Of a DNA stretch of 64,000 bases, positions 39,035 through 52,214 are shown piece after piece (positions within the stretch are counted from its first letter, which is position 1; each line of letters opens with the position of its first letter). The position numbers and the translations under genes are program-made. This DNA is from Dimorphilus gyrociliatus (lineage: Eukaryota; Animalia; Annelida): positions 3,024,504-3,088,503 of the forward strand of contig CAJFCJ010000003.1 of the NCBI GenBank assembly GCA_904063045.1. Direction: 5' to 3'. Below the pieces are notes generated by a model. The model was not told the origin of the DNA, searched no databases, and worked only from the letters and a program-made list of their open reading frames with translations.

Positions 39035-42000
39035 ATGGACGGTGATAAAGAGGAAAATGTGACGCCGAAAACGACTCTTATTAAACATAGACCGAATCAA
39101 GAGGGCTCCACAATCATGGTATGAGATTTCTTTACAGGGAGACGCTCAACACTACTAATAAAATAGACATTGTATTTTCTGCTCAATAGTCTTTTAGATC
39201 GATATTTACGTATATTACAATATTTTAAAGGCTAAATATCTCTCAAAAATAATTATTCTTTAAAAAGTTAATTACTTAGGTGGGACAAATATTTTTCGTC
39301 AGAGCCAATTAGAGCGACAAGTGTAAAATATATAGGCTCTAGTATGCGCTGTGAACGGCTACAGAGATAAGTAATTTAAAGGTAATCGAAAGGAAAAAGA
39401 ATAGAAATAGGCCAAGTGAGAGATAGAGAAGGAGAGATAGAAAAGAAAGAATGAACTCAAGAGGGAGATATGCAAAAGAGAGGATAAGAAGAAAAAATAA
39501 TAAAAGAACACAGCTAAAAGTAGTTTTTTTTACAAGGATATAAAGGGTATTAGTTCGATAAGGAGTTAGAAAATCGTTCTGTAAGTTGAATAATTCAATA
39601 AATGCAAACTTTATTCAGTTCTCCTATTAGAGCATTTAGCTCTTTACGATCAATCTTTCCTTTCTTCTTCTTCTCTAATTCTTTCTTTTTCTTACTTGAT
39701 AACCTCTTATTAAGATCCGAATAGACTATTGATATTAAAGAGAAAGTACTTAACAATGAAATGTTGCTAATATTATTTTGTTACCTTTTAAGTCGACTTT
39801 ACCCTGATTTTGATATCAACAACAGCAGATAGATAGTGCTGAAGAGGGTATAACGGCACAGGAAACGTCTCCAATTAAATTTTCTCATAAACAGGAAGAT
39901 GAAGAACAAGATGAGGTAATTTGATAACTTCACATTTTTTAGATTTTACTTTTCTTATTATTTTCATTTATCAAGTTTACGAAAAATATATTAAAATGAA
40001 TATAAACTACTGATACATTGGCTTTTTTCTCATGAATACGCCAAGAACTAGATATAAATCTTACTATGACTAATTTCTATCTTTTTTTCTTCATCTACTT
40101 ACTTAGAAGTTACTAGGATGCGAACAAGAAAATAAGGAAACGCCTAAATCAACTTTCGTTAAATATAGACCTAACATTGATGGCCCAACCATAACAGTAT
40201 AATATATAAATTCATTTGTTGAACTGAATAAAAAAGAATATTTTTCAATAGTTTGTTGTAACACCGGTTGATGAAGATCAAATAGATACTACTAACGAAG
40301 ATGTCCAAAGCAGAGTGGATGGTGATGTTCATCTAAAAGTACCAGAGAGAGTAGCTTCTGATTCCGATTCGACCTATGGTGATACATTTACATCGCAGAC
40401 GTCTATTACGCGTCTCCTGGCGCAAAAATTCAAAGTGAGTTGTTGAAAAATTAGCCTTTCAGAATATTGATTGAATTATTTTAACAAAAAAAAAACAAAT
40501 GCAAACGTACTCCTTTTCAAGGAATATAAAGCGGTGAGATTCTCTGAAGCTAGCAGAGAGCAGAGAAAGAGGAGTCTAGAGCCTGGGCCGAGAAGGAGAT
40601 TAATATCAAAATACGAAAGTCAAGACTATGATCCATGCGAAAATGCATTATTCTTAAAAGAACACGAGAAAGAAAAAGCCCTGGTAAGTGGAATTTCTTT
40701 ATTTAGGTTATCAGACTTTATTGAATGAAATAGATGAGAATATTTTACTCTATTCTAATTCCAAATGTTTCGAAAGGCATAAAAAAGGGAAAGGGAAAAA
40801 AGGGTAAAGAGGGTCGAAAGAGAAGATAAAAACAAAAATCTCCTATCTCCATACATAAATAGATGGATATATTGATATATGCAGTTGATACGTATTTACG
40901 AGATCCTTTTAATATTCTCTGATCCTCTTTTATGTTTAGGAGATTTTAGAATTAAATAAAATCAAAAACTAAAACATACCAGCTAGGGTAAAAATAGATG
41001 AAAATAACAGATAATATAAATCTGGTAGGGTGTTTAATCTAAATGAAATTTTGATTAATTGCATTAACTAATACAATTAAACTCATTGAAGCTTTATTCT
41101 ATTGAACCAATTTACTTGGACGGAAATGGGAATGTCGGAAGAGACAAATGAACAATCGACATTTTTATTTCTATTCTCATTTGGTCTTAATATAGTAAAT
41201 ACCAAATACAGCACGTCTTTAAGCATACGCCAATTACTTAGATAGATAAATAAAAAGGGCTACACCCATAAAATGAATCGATTTGACAAATTTATGTTCC
41301 TTAAAGAAATATTTACAAAAGACTTATAAATCATCCAGCTTACTCAAGAGATGAAATTACAGAGTTTAGGATGCTAAATATATAACGACTTAAAAATCTG
41401 CAAAATGGAATAATTACAATACAGATTTCTCTTTTTTTAATCAACCTTTATCTATTATGATTTTCAATTTATAATTAAAATAATTAAATAATTTCTTATG
41501 TAAATAGAACGCCTCTTAGGTGTTAATCATTGAATATTATATATATATATATTTGATCATATATTCAACCATTCTACAAAAAAGGCTGTATTTAAAGAAA
41601 GTTTAAGTCAGCAATTTTACAGCCTATCCCTAAAATTTATATTTCAGTATATATCATATATCAAATACAAAACAGTACTAGTTGTTTTTTATCAAAAAAA
41701 AGACAAAGAAAGAGAAAATAAGAAAAGCTTACCGAATAGAAAAAATTTTCCTTTTAGAATATAAAAGAATCTGAATCCTTAGTAAAAAGATTAGACAGAG
41801 TCTTTTACTGATTCAACTGGCCTATACAAAAATTATGATACTGAAAGCAAGAGAATATAGGAGAATGAAAAATATTTAATTTGCCTTAATGATCTTGACG
41901 AGTAAACTATACGACAATTCTAGCTTTAAAATGTTAAAATGCAAAAATTCGAGGATGTAGATTATTGCTGGTGAAAAAACGGAAGTTGACCGAAGAGTTG

Positions 42001-42909
42001 GTTGAGTGCATCCAGAGTCTATAATTCGCATAAGAGCAACTTTTTCGAAAGCGCTCGCCTTCAAACAATCAATAAAAATTATACATGTACCATAAATAAC
42101 ATACAAATATTAGTAGAATTCTATATCATATATCTTACTACGTCCATTCCGTAAAAGCTTGTTTATAAAGTAGAAGAGTAAGTAGTCCTATATAAAGCAT
42201 TAGGGAATATTATCTTAAATAAAGACGAGAAATTTTCTTTTAATTAATAAATTAAATTAGAATAAAGAAATTAACATTTTTTAGTAATAAACAAAAAGAA
42301 AAGAAATTTAAAAATAATAAATTAACAATAATTAATATAAAGAAATCAAATCCAGCGAAATTCTATATTGGTTAGAATATTTCGTTATACCTTTAGATAG
42401 TAATTCTATATTTGTTACCAGAAAATAATAGTAATATGAGATAATAATTAAAATTAGTAAGAAGTCTGCAGAGATTCAATATATGTATGGAATATAATAA
42501 AGTACACATGCCTGTCTCTTTCTGTCTCTCTGTCTCTCTCTCTCTACGATCTATGCAGGGTATTTTATTCCCGTAGCTTTTACTTACGATATAACATGTA
42601 GTATATGTGAACAAGTTTACGAGCTTTTCTTTCGTAGAATTGTTCGCTGTCACAATCTTTTTTTTATCCTCCAATGGGAAAAACCACTGGAACAGAAAGA
42701 TTGATTTCTCTTCTATCTAATGGCGCTATCGACCTTCAAACGTTTAAATAGACGCTTTTTATAAAATGAAATTGGACGAAAAGAGAAGAAAATTGATGAA
42801 AAATTAAGTCAACAATTTTAGAGAATGTTTTCAGCTTAATAAACATCACTATCGGTTTTAGTAATGAAATTAATTTGATATATAAATCTTAGTGAGAAAC
42901 TATATATAT

Positions 42910-42952
<43 letters not shown>

Positions 42953-45900
42953 AAGAAAGAGAGAGTAGAGCAATGCTTTAATATATATATTTAGCATATA
43001 TACTGTATATATATCTGACACATAAGAAAATAAATAAAAAAGGAAAGCTTTCGAGGCGTTTCTTTAATAAACTCTTAATATATTCTATATTTAATAAATA
43101 GTTTAGAAGAAAGCATTTTCATGACCTGCAGAGCCAAAGTTCTCAACAATCTCTTATGTAAATATGGAATGTGTAAAATTAGAGGAGATCTTGTAAAATT
43201 TTAGACGTAAATTGCTTGACAAATCAATGATTCTTATAGATATTTTATTGATATAATATAGTAATTGTTATTCTAAGCAGAATATTGAAAAGTGTATAAA
43301 CCAAACTGAAAAGTAATTTATGTTTTCCGTTTGGCGTCACGTGAAATGGAATTTTAAGTAGATAGATTTTGGATTTACACTAACTTCTCTTCTTTAGCAA
43401 TATTAAGGCAGTAATTATTCTATACATTCAAACTAGATTTGAGTTTTAAAGCCATTTCGAAGCTTCCAAAGTATAACAAAAGCATCTATAAATTTTTTCC
43501 TTTTGTATTAGCGAACTTGGTCGATTTGTTAAGATAGCTTTGATTAATTTATTAGGAATTTAATTATTATATTAACAGGTGGTATGGATCTCTAAGATCT
43601 TTGATGGCTAGGTTTTAGTCACGCTGTCTCTTAAGATAAATCGAATTAGATCCATCGGTCCAAGTTAACGGCTCCAAATTAAGCCAATCAGTCATCCAAT
43701 ATAATTTTGTTCCCATTCCCTCTTCTTCCATTTTCCCTTTATAAAAAAGATTTGCTATACTAAACTTTAGAGCAAAGTATAGGCTGAAATGTTTTTACAC
43801 CCTATACATCTTGATTATATAACCATTAAGCAAAATTCTATGAATACAGAAAATCCAACGTAAATGGCTGGCCCGTTGGGTGGTGATGATGCTGATTGGC
43901 GTTGGGACGGCGGCTGTAGCAACTGTTATTGAAGTCTCTATCGAACTATGTGCCAAGTACAAGTTTTATACTCTTACAGAACGTAAATAAATCGATTAAC
44001 GATCAGATACAATTGTTTATATGCAAAAATATTTTATCGGATCGTTTCGTATTAATACAGTAACCAAGATGTGCAAAGAAGACGAATTATGTCTAATTAT
44101 ACCGCTAGTCGTCTGGATGCTCATTAATTCGGTGCTAGTTTGTCTTGGTTGTTTACTAGTCACGAAATTGGAACCTCAGGCAGCTGGTTCTGGGATACCG
44201 CAAATTAAATGCTACTTGAATGGCGTAAAAATTCCTGGATTACTAACGTTGAAAGCTCTTCTTGCCAAGGTTTTCGGTGTTATTTTATCTGTGAGTGGAG
44301 GTTTAGTTTGCGGTAAGGAAGGCCCCATGATTCATTCAGGAGCGATTGTTGCTGCCGGAGTATCTCAAGGTCGAAGTAGGGTATTCAATAAAGATTTTCG
44401 AATTTTTGAATACCTTAGGTAAGTTAATCAAATTACCTTAAGCTTAAAGTTTAATAAACAACTTTCGGTGTTATGTATAGGTCCGATACTGAACGGCGAG
44501 ATTTTGTTAGCGGTGGGGCAGCCGCCGGGGTAGCAGCGGCTTTTGGGGCTCCGGTTGGTGGTGTTCTTTTCAGCTTGGAAGAAGGAGCGAGCTTCTGGAA
44601 TCAATTGCTAACTTGGCGTATCGTTTTCGCCTCTATGACTGCTACATTTGTGGTCAACGTCGTTTTATCGGCAGTTCATGGACATCCAGCCGATATGAGT
44701 AATCCTGGTTTGATCTCGTTTGGTAAATTTACGGATATAAGATACCGAGTTATAGAAATACCAATTTTTTTGCTTATGGGAGCTTTAGGGGGTTTACTGG
44801 GAGCTGGGTTTTGTTCAATAAATGCAAAATTAATTCTTTTTCGTAAGAAAAACATAAGAACAACAACTGCAAAAGTTTTAGAAGCAGTAATAGTTGCAGC
44901 CTTATCAGCTGTATCCTCTTTTGTTTGTATGTACGTAATATCGGATTGTGCCAAGAACGAAGTTCAAGGAGAACACCGCAGTGGCAGGTAAATAAAAATA
45001 GATATATTAAAGCATAAAATTCTACCGCAAAATTATTCTTGACATCGCACTTAAAATTGTCAAATATGTACTTGTAATCCATGAAATAATTAGTAAGAGC
45101 AAACGTAGCCTAATTGATAGGAATTTTTTTCTCTTACGTGTTTTTAACCTTCATACTATTGTTTTCTACTGGCTTTTGTTATTATGTACACTTTTCTATT
45201 TGCAATAGGTTAAAGTTTACTTGTCCCGACGGGGAGCATAACATGCTGGCTTCTATCTTTTTTAAGACACCGGAGGAGGCACTTGTCGATATGCTTCACG
45301 ACAAAACTGACGCCTACTCCGTTAGGAGTTTAATAGTTTTCGTTCCACTCTATTTACTGCTTATGTGTTGGACGTGTGGATTAAGCGTTAGTACAGGATT
45401 TTTTATACCTTCTCTGCTAATCGGAGCCGCATGGGGGAGACTTGTCGGCGTTTTTATTCATCGTTACGTTCCCTGGGTGCATACTGATCAAAGTTTGGGA
45501 ATATATGCATTAGGTCGAATTTCATCAATTCTTTAACGTAAAAAACTGCCAATTTGAGATAAGCTATGATTCTCTATTACCCTCTTTATTAGAATCAAAC
45601 ATTAGCCTTCCTTTTTCCCATTTAAGGTAACTTATTATTTCAAATAGGAGTATAATATTTCACTCCTTACTTCTTACCATACGTACAGACCAACATTTTT
45701 ACCCTCTACTTTTATCTTCTCTTCTCAAACGTTCTACACCTGCTCTAACATTTTTGTCTATTCAATTTTGCTACCTTGTACAAAATCTAGCTCACTTCAA
45801 ACAATAATTTTGTCATATTTTCTAATATTGTCTCTTAAAAGCTGGGTGTGTTAGTAATCTATTTTAATAATAATAATAACACAATTATGGATTATGGATT

Positions 45901-48900
45901 AGCGCCAAAGTGGACACAGCAGGTGTTTTACTTTTTGCTATAATAAACAAAATGTATAGTTAAATACCTTGTTGCATGTATCTAAAACAAAGAAAACTTA
46001 CTTTGCCCGTTAATTATTTCATATTTAATAAGAAATCAAATTATTTGCCTATGTTTATATTTCTAATCCATTTCTCACTACTTAAATTTTTCATGGTCGT
46101 CTCTTTTATTTCTTTTATCCCTTCGACCCCTTTTAAAATTTTCTGAACTAAATTTTATTAATTAACGCCATCTAGCGAACTTTTAATCAATATACTCGTT
46201 TATATATAGTATGTGATTGAATTTTTAAGCTTAAGAAAAGATAGAGCAAGAAATCAAGATATCTGATATAGTACACAATATATATATATAGAAATAGGAT
46301 AAAAATAGATTTAATATTATACTAATTAATAATAGAGAAGAAAAATAATGTAATTTTTACTGCTTAAGGGTAATACTTAATATTTTCTATTTTAAACAAC
46401 TTTTAAACGATATTTCCACCCTTGAGACATTTATAATTTTACCTGAACCATTTTTCCAAAATCCCTTAGGTGTTTGGATATTTAAATGTCTAAAACGGTT
46501 ATGTAAATAAACAGCAATTCTTCTGTATGCTACATAAGCAAAAACATAGGAGCTAAGGAAGAAAATTCAGTTAGAAATTTTAACCTTGAGATTCTTTTGA
46601 TCGATTGAATTTTTATTATATTTTTGCATAATACTCAAGGTTTATTTTATCTTCTGCCTCTTGTTCTCTCTAGTCATTATTAAGATATTTATAAAGATAG
46701 AAAAGAAAATTCTATTCTTAGAATTGACATTTCTTGAATTATATTATAGCGATATAAAATAATACAATAATAAGACACGATTCAAGTTTTTTAAATGTTG
46801 AAATAATTTATAATCAATGAATTGGCAATTGTTGAAATTTGACTTATCAATGAATAAATAGTTGGTGCAGCATCTCAGCTAGGAGGAACTGTTCGAATGA
46901 CTATTTCGTTAACTGTTATGCTAATAGAATGTACGGGAGATGTAACTTTTGGTTTACCTGTTGTAATGGTTCTTATAGTTGCAAAATGGGTAGGGGATTT
47001 ATTTAATGGAGGATTATATGAATTGCAAATACAAATGATGGGAATACCTTTATTACCTTGGGAGCCTCCGGAAATGTCTTACGACATTACAGCGCAAAAT
47101 GTTATGAATAAGCCTGTTGCCGTTTTTAGGACAACTGAAACAGTTGATCGTATTGTACAAGTAAGTAGAATTTTAGACAAAAAGAAGTATAAATATTATA
47201 TATGAATGCCAAATTATTAATTATTATATCGTTATATTTAATTAGACAGTCCTACAGAGTAATTTTTTGGCACTTCTGCAGCAAAATATCTAGTTAATTA
47301 ATTATATTAGAGTAAATTACACATTTTCTCATCCCTTTAATATCATTGACATAATTATTTGGTAGCTAAAAATTAATGTATGATAAAGAGATTTCATATC
47401 TTATGAAAGCTTCTTCTTAACTAATTATTAAATTAGATAACGACGTAGCTCTTAAGTGGTATTTTCTAATGCATTCTTATTAAAAGGTGATGGAAAGCTT
47501 CCCTCATTCAGGATTTCCCGTTGTGGAACATTATCAACCTGGTAATATCGATTCTTCAACAGAAACATTTGGTAGATGCAAAGGACTAATTCTAAAATCG
47601 CAATTGTTACTATTGCTCAAACGGAAATGTTTTAAACCTCGTTGCGGATCGGCAAACTTAAATAATTCCAACAGTGACTCAATTCGGTTGGAAGATTTTA
47701 GAGACGCTTATCCTAAACATATGGGACTTTTAGTAAGTTAATTAAATATACTAGATATTAAACGCTGTATAATCTTTATAAATATGTAGAAATCTGTTAA
47801 GGGTCTCTCATATTTTCTAAATAATTCCGGTCGAAGGCAAAAAAAACTTAGCTTAACCTTTTATTTTCTTTTTTTCTATAAAAAAAAAAACAAATAATGA
47901 TCATTATTTTTATTCAAAGCAGCTGGTTATTTCTTTTAATAACTTTATAGTAAGAAGTAATATACTTATATATATATATATATATTAATTATCATATAAT
48001 ATAATGGCTTGTTTAGTTATAAGACCTGCTATAGATTAGTTAAGATAAAGAATTTATTAGATTTGAGCTATTTCTCTTCTTCCTTCATGAGGTGATGTTG
48101 TCATGTTAGCTAAAAGAAAAATAGAATAAAAAATAAAGAACAAGAATAACGAAAAATGTATGAAATTTGTAAGCCTCTAGACGCTTGAGAATTTACTTTG
48201 GCATTACTATGGGAATTCGATTAAATTTTCTCGCCATTGATGCATTTGGTCTATCTTTCGATAGACGGAATACTAATTTTTTCTCAGTAATAAAATGATT
48301 TTGAAGTCATGTTCAGATATATCATTAATATTAATAATAATGTTTACGTGCAGTCTAAAATAATAAGCCAATGAAAAGTTTGTAAGATACTTGTTGATAA
48401 AAGGTCAAAGAAGACGGAAGTTGATTAAAAGTAAAGAATAGAAGCTAAAAAAAGACGTTTTCTTTCTCTTTTCTATCGAATTCACTCTAGTAAAGTACTC
48501 TTTCTGTTTTTTTTGATAACCTTTTTAGTTTTCTTTTATTAAGGGAAAAAAAAAGGTTTAAATGAATTTTTATTGGAGATTTGCATTGCTTAATAAGTAT
48601 AGGCAAATGAATGAAAATAATAACATTATTTACAGTTATATGATAATAAATTGATTAGAGAAAGAATTTATAGCCACTAGATTGTATTCAAGAAGTGTAT
48701 ATATATATATATCTATATTTATATATATATATATCTTTACATATGAAATTGACAAATAAAGGATATTAATACAATATCTACTGTTAGAATAAAAAAAAAG
48801 CGTTTGTATCAAAGAAATTTTATTGATTTATCACTAATTTATTCACGAAATATTAAATATATATTCCCAAATCGAATTATTGATACCGATCTGAAAATAA

Positions 48901-49460
48901 AATATCCTTTTTAAGTAAATAATATTTAGTGAAGAAATGAATGCGATTTTCTTTTGAAAAGAAACATTAACTTTCTATTTGAGTAATTCATCTTAATATT
49001 AGGAGAAATATTTTTCATAGTTAGTTATTTTCTAGTTCATTTCTATCTGTCTATTTTGGGAATAGCAGGTGTTTTTTCGAGCATTTCGTTTGTTTTTTAT
49101 ACATATTTTTTTAGGAGGTTGACCTCACCGAAGATGAACGAAAATGTATATTAGACGTTAGACCTTATATGAATCCGTCTCCGTATACTGTTACTCAAAA
49201 TACATCCCTACCGAGAATGTTTCGACTGTTCAGAGGATTGGGATTAAGACACTTGATTGTTGTCAATGATCGTAATGAGGTAGGGCCATCTATTGGTGTA
49301 CATATAGAAATAAATTTCTTTATGAAATACGTATTTTATTCTCATTTGTTCCCCTTTTTAGGTTGTCGGAATGGTTACGAGAAAAGATTTAGCAAAATAT
49401 AAATTGAAGTCACGAGGTGTAAACGTTGAACTGCAGAAAATGCATATTCATTGGGAATGA
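39035..49460 (+). CDS. CLCN7: ClC-7 lysosomal Cl-/H+ exchanger; 13 exons (39035-39118, 39826-39915, 40107-40196, 40252-40434, 40522-40683, 43850-43982, 44061-44418, 44481-44987, 45209-45513, 46862-47160, 47487-47732, 49115-49279, 49362-49460), ~906 aa
   Basis: CLC signatures [37 protein letters not shown] and [10 protein letters not shown]; ClC-7-like [16 protein letters not shown]; C-terminal CBS domains (MNPSPYTV...[17 protein letters not shown]). Exon lengths sum to 2721 nt, in frame. The first four exons are less certain than the conserved core. Confidence 0.93.
42914..42949. repeat. (AG)n microsatellite in ClC-7 intron 5
   Basis: Read directly from the sequence. Confidence 0.95.
46166..46177 (-). 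promoter_or_regulatory. CTCF-like motif CGCTAGATGGCG in a ClC-7 intron
   Basis: Exact third copy, embedded in very AT-rich intron sequence. Confidence 0.45.
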
Positions 49461-49670
49461 AGAATTCCTTATTGCTCCATTTTTTTCCTATTCTTTTTTA
49501 TAAAAAGCGTAATATATTGAACATATAGGAATTATACACAACTGTTTCTTTTCTTGCTTTTGACTGAAAGTTTTATTTACTAATGAAACGTTAAACATGT
49601 TGATCATTATGTAATATTTTTCAACAGATTGTATTATGTAAGAATTGAACATAGAATGTATTTCTCTCTT

Positions 49671-49674
<4 letters not shown>

Positions 49675-49725
<51 letters not shown>
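49675..49725. repeat. (TC)n microsatellite downstream of the ClC-7 stop
   Basis: Read directly from the sequence. Confidence 0.95.
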
Positions 49726-49733
<8 letters not shown>

Positions 49734-50820
49734 CTCCTCCTTTTTTCTTCTACTTGCAATTGTATAACAGATATTTGCTGACCGAAGAAAACATTTTCTA
49801 CATCGTCTTTAAGAACGAAAGATAAGAGATAGTTCTTTCACAGTTCTGGGACTAGCACTGTAACTTGTTATACATTTTGTTTTGTTTCTTCTCCAAAAAA
49901 TTTTAATAAAAATTAATACGAAAACTTCCAAAAATCTATTCTTAATGTACTCGCTGATTTTATACAAACACACGTTCGTTTGTCAAGTTCGGTTAGTCTT
50001 TATTGATGATATTTTATAGCAATTGTATGAAAAGGAGAAAAGTGAATCAGATAAATTTTTTGTCAGTAAACTAGAGTAAAGTTAAATATGAACATCTTAT
50101 CTAACAGTAAGGTTTAAGTTCAATGTCATTGTGAAAACTATAGATTTTTTAATATTCACGAATTGCTATAATTTGGTTATAGGTCTGACTTGGCTTCCAA
50201 AGGTTTTTATACACTTAAACCCCTTAAATTGAATTAAACGAGAAAGTGCTTTTCAAACTATGATGAGATTCAAATTGTCCAAAATTGATTCTAATCAGAA
50301 ACTTTCACCTTAAGAATATGGGAAAACCTATAAAAAGATATCTTTTTATAAGATAAATTTTTATCTTATCTTTTTATAAGATAAATTTTAAACTAGATAT
50401 AGGAAAAATTATACTTAAAGATACGTACAATCAATAATTAAAACAGAACGAGATAATGGATAAACTAGATTGATTGCCAATTTTATATTTAGAATACATC
50501 CTCTATGGGAACTATGGGTATTGAATAAACAGAAGGATGAAGTATGAAAAGTAGAAAATGAACGATAAAATAATAAAAAGAAAAGACAAGTGTACCAAAG
50601 CCTTGAATAAAAACTACAGAGAATACAAATACAATACAAAAGAGACTCAAGAAAAATTTACTCCACCCTTAACTGTTCTACATAGGCTTATCAGCTTTGA
50701 AATTCTGAATAAAATAGTATTGAGAAAATATTTTCTAACTTTTGCAATACAACTATTCAAAGCAAAATATATAATAAAAATTATTCATTATATATGATTT
50801 GCTAGAGATGAAGATATCTT

Positions 50821-51705
50821 ATGGAAGTCTTCATTTTTTACGTGTTGATTTCTTTACTTTTTGTTGGGAGTTGTGATAATGTACATTTACTTAAATCACC
50901 AAGAAGAGACTGCCCCAGAGTTCAGCATTTAGTATCTACTGTTTGTTCTGAAGCCATTTGCTTAGATACCATTCAAGTAAAGCCTAAAGAAAGGCCTTTA
51001 AGCATGAGATATCCAGTTTTAAATGAAAGTCAAATTAAACAACTAAGAGAAATACCAGGATTTATCGATGATAACTGTATGTGGTTGATATCTAGATTAT
51101 CTGATATGCAATGGATTAACGGAGTATATGGTTGCATTGGTCAAATTGGAGATGCTCATTTAAAAATTATTGGTTTACTCTCATTAAATTTAAATTTCAC
51201 TTTAGGTGAGAAAATGTTAGTTAGTGAAGAAAAAAATGTTATTTTAGAAAAATCTGATGAAATAGAGACAATTTTAAAAAATATGGGACCACTCAATTAT
51301 AAACTGCATAAAGGTTATATTGTCAATATGACGTCTGTAAGTGATTTCGAAAGGTTTCGATTTGTTAACATAAATGGTTGGAATGATCTAAATTTATTAA
51401 TTCGCTCTATGGACTATTCTACTTGTCTTTTAAGAGATGGTGGTATAATTAGTATTGACGAGATAGATGCTCCAGATTCATCAGCTTTACAAGCTGTCGA
51501 ATTATTTTTGTCCAAGCATGGTACTTCTGTTTTCACTCCTTTCATTCATGCAAAAAACAGACTTTTCCTTACAACAACAAACTATTTCAATAGCTATTAT
51601 CGCTTTTTCGTAGAGAATCGACATCTATTACTCGCCTACGGATTAAGGGAAGTAAGCTCAAAAAGATTTGGTGCCAGATATTCATACTTTATTTCTGAAG
51701 AATAA
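50821..51705 (+). CDS. Intronless secreted/signal-anchored protein resembling a degenerate class I SAM-dependent methyltransferase (Methyltransf_24-like), 294 aa
   Basis: Long single ORF with a hydrophobic N-terminus. The motif order IPGFI...Q..NGVYGCIGQIG...FRFVNINGWND...LLRDGGIISIDE...QAVELFL...PFIHAKNRLFLT parallels the pattern I recall for this family (EIG..HG; FR...DGGH; L..GG.I..DD; PF....NKLFL). Family assignment is by eye. Confidence 0.6.
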   Translation: MEVFIFYVLISLLFVGSCDNVHLLKSPRRDCPRVQHLVSTVCSEAICLDTIQVKPKERPLSMRYPVLNESQIKQLREIPGFIDDNCMWLISRLSDMQWINGVYGCIGQIGDAHLKIIGLLSLNLNFTLGEKMLVSEEKNVILEKSDEIETILKNMGPLNYKLHKGYIVNMTSVSDFERFRFVNINGWNDLNLLIRSMDYSTCLLRDGGIISIDEIDAPDSSALQAVELFLSKHGTSVFTPFIHAKNRLFLTTTNYFNSYYRFFVENRHLLLAYGLREVSSKRFGARYSYFISEE

Positions 51706-52214
51706 AAACATTTTTTACATTTTAAATATAAATATATTTTCTACATGTGTTATTTGTCGAATCTACTTTTCGTATATAGAATGTAAGTCTCTCTTCTGGG
51801 AAAATGTCACATTTCACGTTTTCAGATGATTAACTGTCATCATCCTCTTTGATGCAATTCTAATCCCTGCTTGCATCTCTTCACTTAACCAGCTGAAATA
51901 TTTACTTTACTGTCATCATAAAAATACTGGATTTTTTTTTATTCACAATATTCCAACAAAATTGTTATTGCATTATTGTATCTTTTGTTTTTAATACTTT
52001 TGTATTGTTCGAATTACTTTTCAAGTGTTTAAAATAGATAAGTTAATTAGTCAAATTAAACATTTTTATCAACTTTTTATATCATAACCTTTGAATTAAT
52101 CATAAAAATAGAGTGAGAAATAACAGAATGTTCTGTGAATATTTTGATATATATATATATATATATATATACAGGTATATGTATAGATCCATTATAGAAA
52201 AAAGTCCAGTGATC

